NCBI RefSeq assembly: GCF_040938485.1
Contig: NW_027270999.1
Coordinates: 1,860,001-1,924,000 of the forward strand
Source of the DNA: Diadema antillarum
Taxonomy: Eukaryota
Length of the DNA stretch: 64,000 nucleotides
Direction of reading: 5' to 3'
Part shown: piece by piece, positions 59,355 to 64,000 of the stretch
Layout of the letters: each line of letters opens with the position of its first letter
Numbering within the stretch: position 1 is the first letter of the stretch
Position numbers and translations under genes: made by a program
Notes under the pieces: generated by a model
What the model was told of the DNA's origin: nothing
Seen by the model: only the letters and a program-made list of their open reading frames with translations
Database searches by the model: none

Positions 59355-62300
59355 TAGTCTGGGTGCCAAAGCCACTTTTTGGGCCTAACCTTGTTTTACC
59401 GTCCACCCAATGTGTTTTGATGGCTTTACCCTATTTCGGGGGTGCTGAATCCGAATCTGGATGATGCAACTCTTGCATCCTTGAGGGTTTTGAGATATTC
59501 AAGATGGCCGCCAAAATGGCCGCCAAAACCGAAAATTCCCACGTACTTCCTTCTAAATGGTGTGAAATCGGAAATAATTGATGATTCTCCCTATTTGGAA
59601 GATGCTGAATCCGAATCTGGATGATGCAACTCATGCATCCACGAAGTTTTTGAGATATTCAAGATGGCCGCCAAAATGGCTGTCAAAATGGCCGCCAATT
59701 AAAACCGGAAATTCCCATGTATTTCCTTCTGAATGGTGAGAAATTGAAAACAATTGATGGATCTACCCTATTTCTATGGTGTTGAATCCGAGTCTGGATG
59801 ATGCAAACCTTGCATCCTTGAGGGTATTGAGATATTTAAGATGACCGCCAAAATGGCCGCCAAAATGGCCGCCAAAATGGCCGCCAATCAAAACCGGAAA
59901 TTTCTATGTATTAGCTTTTAAATGGTGAGAAATAGAAAACAGTTGATGATTTTACCCTATTTCGAGGGTGCTGAATCCGAATCTGGATGATGCACCTCGA
60001 GAAAGTCAAGATGGCCGCCAAAATGGCCGCCGAATTGGAAACTCCAATGTATTTCCTTCTTATAAATGGTGAGAAATTGATGGTTTTCGTCAATGGCACA
60101 GTTTGAACTTGCTGTATATACAGTGAAACCAGCTCTACTGGATATCTTTGAGTTGGTACGATACAAGTGTGCCAGTAATTAACCCTTCAAGACTACAGAT
60201 GCGGTTGAATAATTGCAAGATTACACTGTTTCCTCTACATATAATGGATAAGTTTTGAACACTAACAATTAATGGACAAGACATGTTCATCTAAATCATA
60301 TTGTGATAGTGATGTAGAGAAGTGTACTGAAATTACCCAACATTACCTGCCTTAATCCATGAGCAGTTTTAATCTCTTTATCCATGAACACTCAAATTGG
60401 TTATTTGGTTTATATTGGTGGTCTTGATGACATTGATGAAGACACGAGTGGGAAATTTTTATTGTTATGCTTCAATTTTTTCTTCAATATGATGTAACAT
60501 TATGTATGTGTATATGTATATAATTATGTATATATAATCTATTACAAACACACACGAGGGGACGTACAAATCACCAGGTAACGCGCCGTGAAAAAAAAAA
60601 CTAAATAAAAATCAAACGACAACATGGAAGGTAATAGTTGATAATCCAGTACTTATGAATATCATAATCGCGCAGAGTGCTTTTGAAATTACCCTTATTG
60701 ATATCTGCTATATAGTGGTCATGGATGCAACCATTTCCAATGACCTAATCAGAATATGCGACAAGTTTCACAAGAATACGAGGCGAGACTCGTCAGAATA
60801 CAAGACAAGTTTCAAGACCAAATACCAACATGCCATAATTTAATTTTGCTCTATTGATAGCCGAAAAGGATTAACTTTACATCTATGGAGCCATATTATT
60901 GGCGACCACAAGCATTATTTCATAACAATTATGCATAAAGACATTTTCAGTCGTATCTTTCTTTGCGTTTGTACGTTTCAGTATGATGTCAATATCACTT
61001 TTTTTTTCCAGTACGTGTTAAAGTTCCGTTTGAGACATATCGGAATATCTCAGTATATTACAATACCATTGTGACTGTCATTTTGACTGTCAATAAATTT
61101 TGGCTGATTTGACAAATTCGCTCAACTGAGTTGAATTCAAGAATACGAATTATTGGTTTTCACCCTGCATGGGTTTAATATCCCACTTCGCGTTGGAGCA
61201 CAATACTGCACCATTTCAGTATAAGAACATGTTAAGGAGTTTCCGTTCATACAGGACATTTATAGATGTCCGAAAACCTTCAAAGACCTTCAGCACCCTC
61301 GAAATAGGGTAAGACCATCAATTTATTTTAAAATTTTTACCATTAAGAAAAAATATATTAACATTGGAATTTCTGCCACTTATTTTGGCTGTCATCTTGG
61401 ACGTCTAAAAACCCTAAAGACTGGACGAATTTCAACAACCAAGTTTCGAGGGTGCTGAATAGGGCCTAAAATTTACCAATTTTTGACAGTTATTTTGGCG
61501 GTCATCTTGGACATCTCAAAACCCTTAAAAAAGAACACGAAAGTTGCATCAACCAGGTTCGGATTCAGCACTCTCGAAATAGAGTAAAACCGCCAATTGT
61601 TTTCAATTTTACACCATTTAGAAGGTAATATAGGGCTTACATGGAAATTTTCGTTTTTGACAGCCATTTAGGGGCCATTCTGGCGGCCATCTTTATTACC
61701 TCAAAACCCTCAAGGAAGTAAGAGCTTTATACTGGAGCTTCAAATTCAGCAAACTCAAAATAGTGTAAAACCACCAACTGTTTTATATTTTACACCATTT
61801 AGAAGGAAATAGGGGGTCTACATATGAATTTCCGTTTTTCGCGGTCATTTTTGGCGACCATCTTTATCATCTCAAAACCCTTAAGGATGCAAGAGTTGTA
61901 TCCTGAGCTTCGGATTCAGCACACTCAAAATAAGATAAAAACCACCAATTGCTTTCAAATTGTCACCATTTAGAAGGAAATACATGGGAACTTCCGTTTT
62001 GGGCGGCCATTTTAACGGCCATATTGAATATCTCAAAATCTTCAACAATGCAGGAGTTGCACCATCCAGATTCTGATTCAGCACCCTCGAAATAGGGTAA
62101 AACCATCAATTGTTTTCAATTTCTCACCATTTAGAAGGAAATACGTGGGAATTTTCGGTTTTGGTGGCCATTTTGGCGGCCATATTGAATATCTCAAAAT
62201 CTTCAAGGATGTAAGAGTTGCATCATCCAGATTCGGATTCAGCACCCTCGAAATAGGGTAAAACCATCAATTGTTTTCAACATCTCACCATTTTGAAGGA

Positions 62301-63137
62301 AATACGTGGGAATTTCCTTTTTTAATTGGCGGCCATTTTGGCGGCCATCTTGAATATCTCTAAAACTTCATGGATGCAAGAGTTGCATCATCCAGATTCG
62401 GATTCAGCACCCTCGAAATAGGGTAAAACCATCAATTATTTTTAATTTCTCAACATGTAGAAGGAAATACGTGAGAATTTCCGGTTTTAATTGGCGGCCA
62501 TTTTGGCGGCCATCTTAAATATCTCTAAAACTTCATGGATGCAAAAGTTGCATCATCCAGATTCGGATTCAGCACCCTCGAAATAGGGTAAAACCATCAA
62601 TTGTTTTTAATTTCTCAACAGTTAGAAGGAAATACATGGGAATTTCCGGTTTTGATTGGCGGCCATTTTGGCGGCCATCTTAAATATCTCAAAAACTTCA
62701 TGGATGCAAGAGTTGCATCATCCAGATTCGGATTCAGCACCTTCCAAATAGGGAGAATCATCAATTCTTTTCAATTTCACACCACTTGGAAAGAAATACG
62801 TGGGAATTTTCGGTTTTGGCGGCCATTTTGGCGGCCATCTTGAATATCTCAAAACCCTCAAGGATGCAGGAGTTGCATCATCCGGATTCGGATTCAGCAC
62901 CCTCGACATAGGGTAAATCCATCACTTGTTTTCAATATCTCACCATTTAGAAGGAAATACGTGGGAGTTTCTGGTTTTGGCGGCCATCTTGGCGGCCATC
63001 TTGAATATCTCAAAACCCTCAAGGATGCAAGAGTTGCATCATCCGGATTCGGATTCAGCACCCCCGAAATAGGGTAAAACCATCAAAAAACATTGGATGG
63101 ACGGTAAAACAAGGTTCAGCCTCTGGCACCCAGACTA
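59355..63137. mobile_element. 3.8-kb non-autonomous TIR element (TAG...CTA termini, Academ-like) with inverted subterminal minisatellite arrays
   Basis: Termini TAGTCTGGGTGCCA / TGGCACCCAGACTA, with AAA on both flanks. About 4 copies of a ~160-190-bp unit at 59425-60080 and about 11 reverse-complement copies at 61285-63080. The central ~1.2 kb is unique and has no long ORF. Confidence 0.82.
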
Positions 63138-64000
63138 AAAATGGGGTATCGAGCACACATAAATGTGGTGCACACATTTCTGCATTAAGTCGAAATAGCA
63201 GTCGAAGTATAACGGGTATTTGAAGGCCTGAGTTTGAGAGGTGCAGTAATTCGATTATATTTTGTAAGTCTCATAATGATATCATCATGTTATGTTATCA
63301 TTATCGAAACAGAAACTTATTTTCCAATCCCAATAGATTCGACACAATTTGTACAGAGTTGATTATTATAAGAAGAATAACCTATCTTCAGTAATATCTG
63401 CCTATGTTATGAGATGATTTATTGACACGGTTTTACAGGAAGGCGTATAAAAGGAAAATTCATTATTCCTACAGTATGCCGCTGGATAATAACTTTTTGT
63501 TTGCCATGGAGTAAACCTCCTGTCAAACGTATGCCATATTATTCTGAGATCTGATTTTGAAAAAGATTCTAAATAATGATCATAAGCTGAAGGGTAGTAC
63601 GTCCTGTAATATGCCTATTTAATGATAAGGTAGACTAAGCAGTCACAGATAACCATTTTGATGCCTATATTCGAAAGATGTCTTGATAGGTCTACAGTCA
63701 TTTCATAATGATATAACGATTTTTTTTCATTCTTTGAGTGATCCTATTTCATTCTTTAGAATATGTTATAATCAAATCAATAATGAATCATGACGCAAAA
63801 GAGAGTGGTGCATGTGACACCTGTCTCCCATGGACCCGTCTCTTTTTGTTCGTTTTTTAAGTGCTGACTGGCACAGGAAACCCCAATAGTTGTGCACACT
63901 GGCCAATGGTCCCGGGACTGCATGCCTATATTATCTGCTCGAGGCCTGTCGTGATGTTCTGTCCATGTACCTCTTACTGAAGTATGAAAAATGCATTGAT

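Noticed and set aside
59425-63080. Regularly spaced repeats resembling a CRISPR array
   Set aside because: The units are ~160-190-bp whole-unit tandem repeats without unique spacers. They lie in a spliceosomal intron of a eukaryotic gene with no cas genes, and are arranged as inverted arrays within TIRs.
63850-63965. Possible exon 4 of paralog B near the window end
   Set aside because: No frame after the candidate acceptors resembles paralog A exon 4 (EMVYFSQP...WDVDTLFEGPD).

Overview
This is a eukaryotic, intron-rich, AT-rich genomic window from a metazoan. An invertebrate deuterostome such as a sea urchin is likely, inferred from protein similarity and repeat types. It contains one 192-N assembly gap (44351-44542). 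Five spliced protein-coding genes were reconstructed by hand from GT-AG boundaries and frame continuity. Three are housekeeping genes: DOHH (minus, 3' end runs off the window), MTG1 (plus, 10 coding exons, 311 aa) and ASNA1/GET3 (minus, 7 coding exons, 346 aa). Two are a head-to-head pair of paralogous, uncharacterised secreted proteins with FG-GAP/VCBS-like DxDxDG calcium-loop repeats. Copy A is minus strand, complete, 8 exons, 429 aa. Copy B is plus strand with only 3 exons found. The rest is a dense transposon landscape: a decayed 3'-truncated BEL/Pao LTR retrotransposon fused to an L1/Tx1 fragment, LINE and SINE remnants, a 3-kb foldback element, a 3.8-kb element with inverted minisatellite arrays rich in YY1-like motifs, and many MITE families. 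The best candidate for undescribed biology is the divergent beta-propeller gene pair. All superfamily assignments for non-coding elements rest on termini and target-site duplications read by eye; no database search was run.
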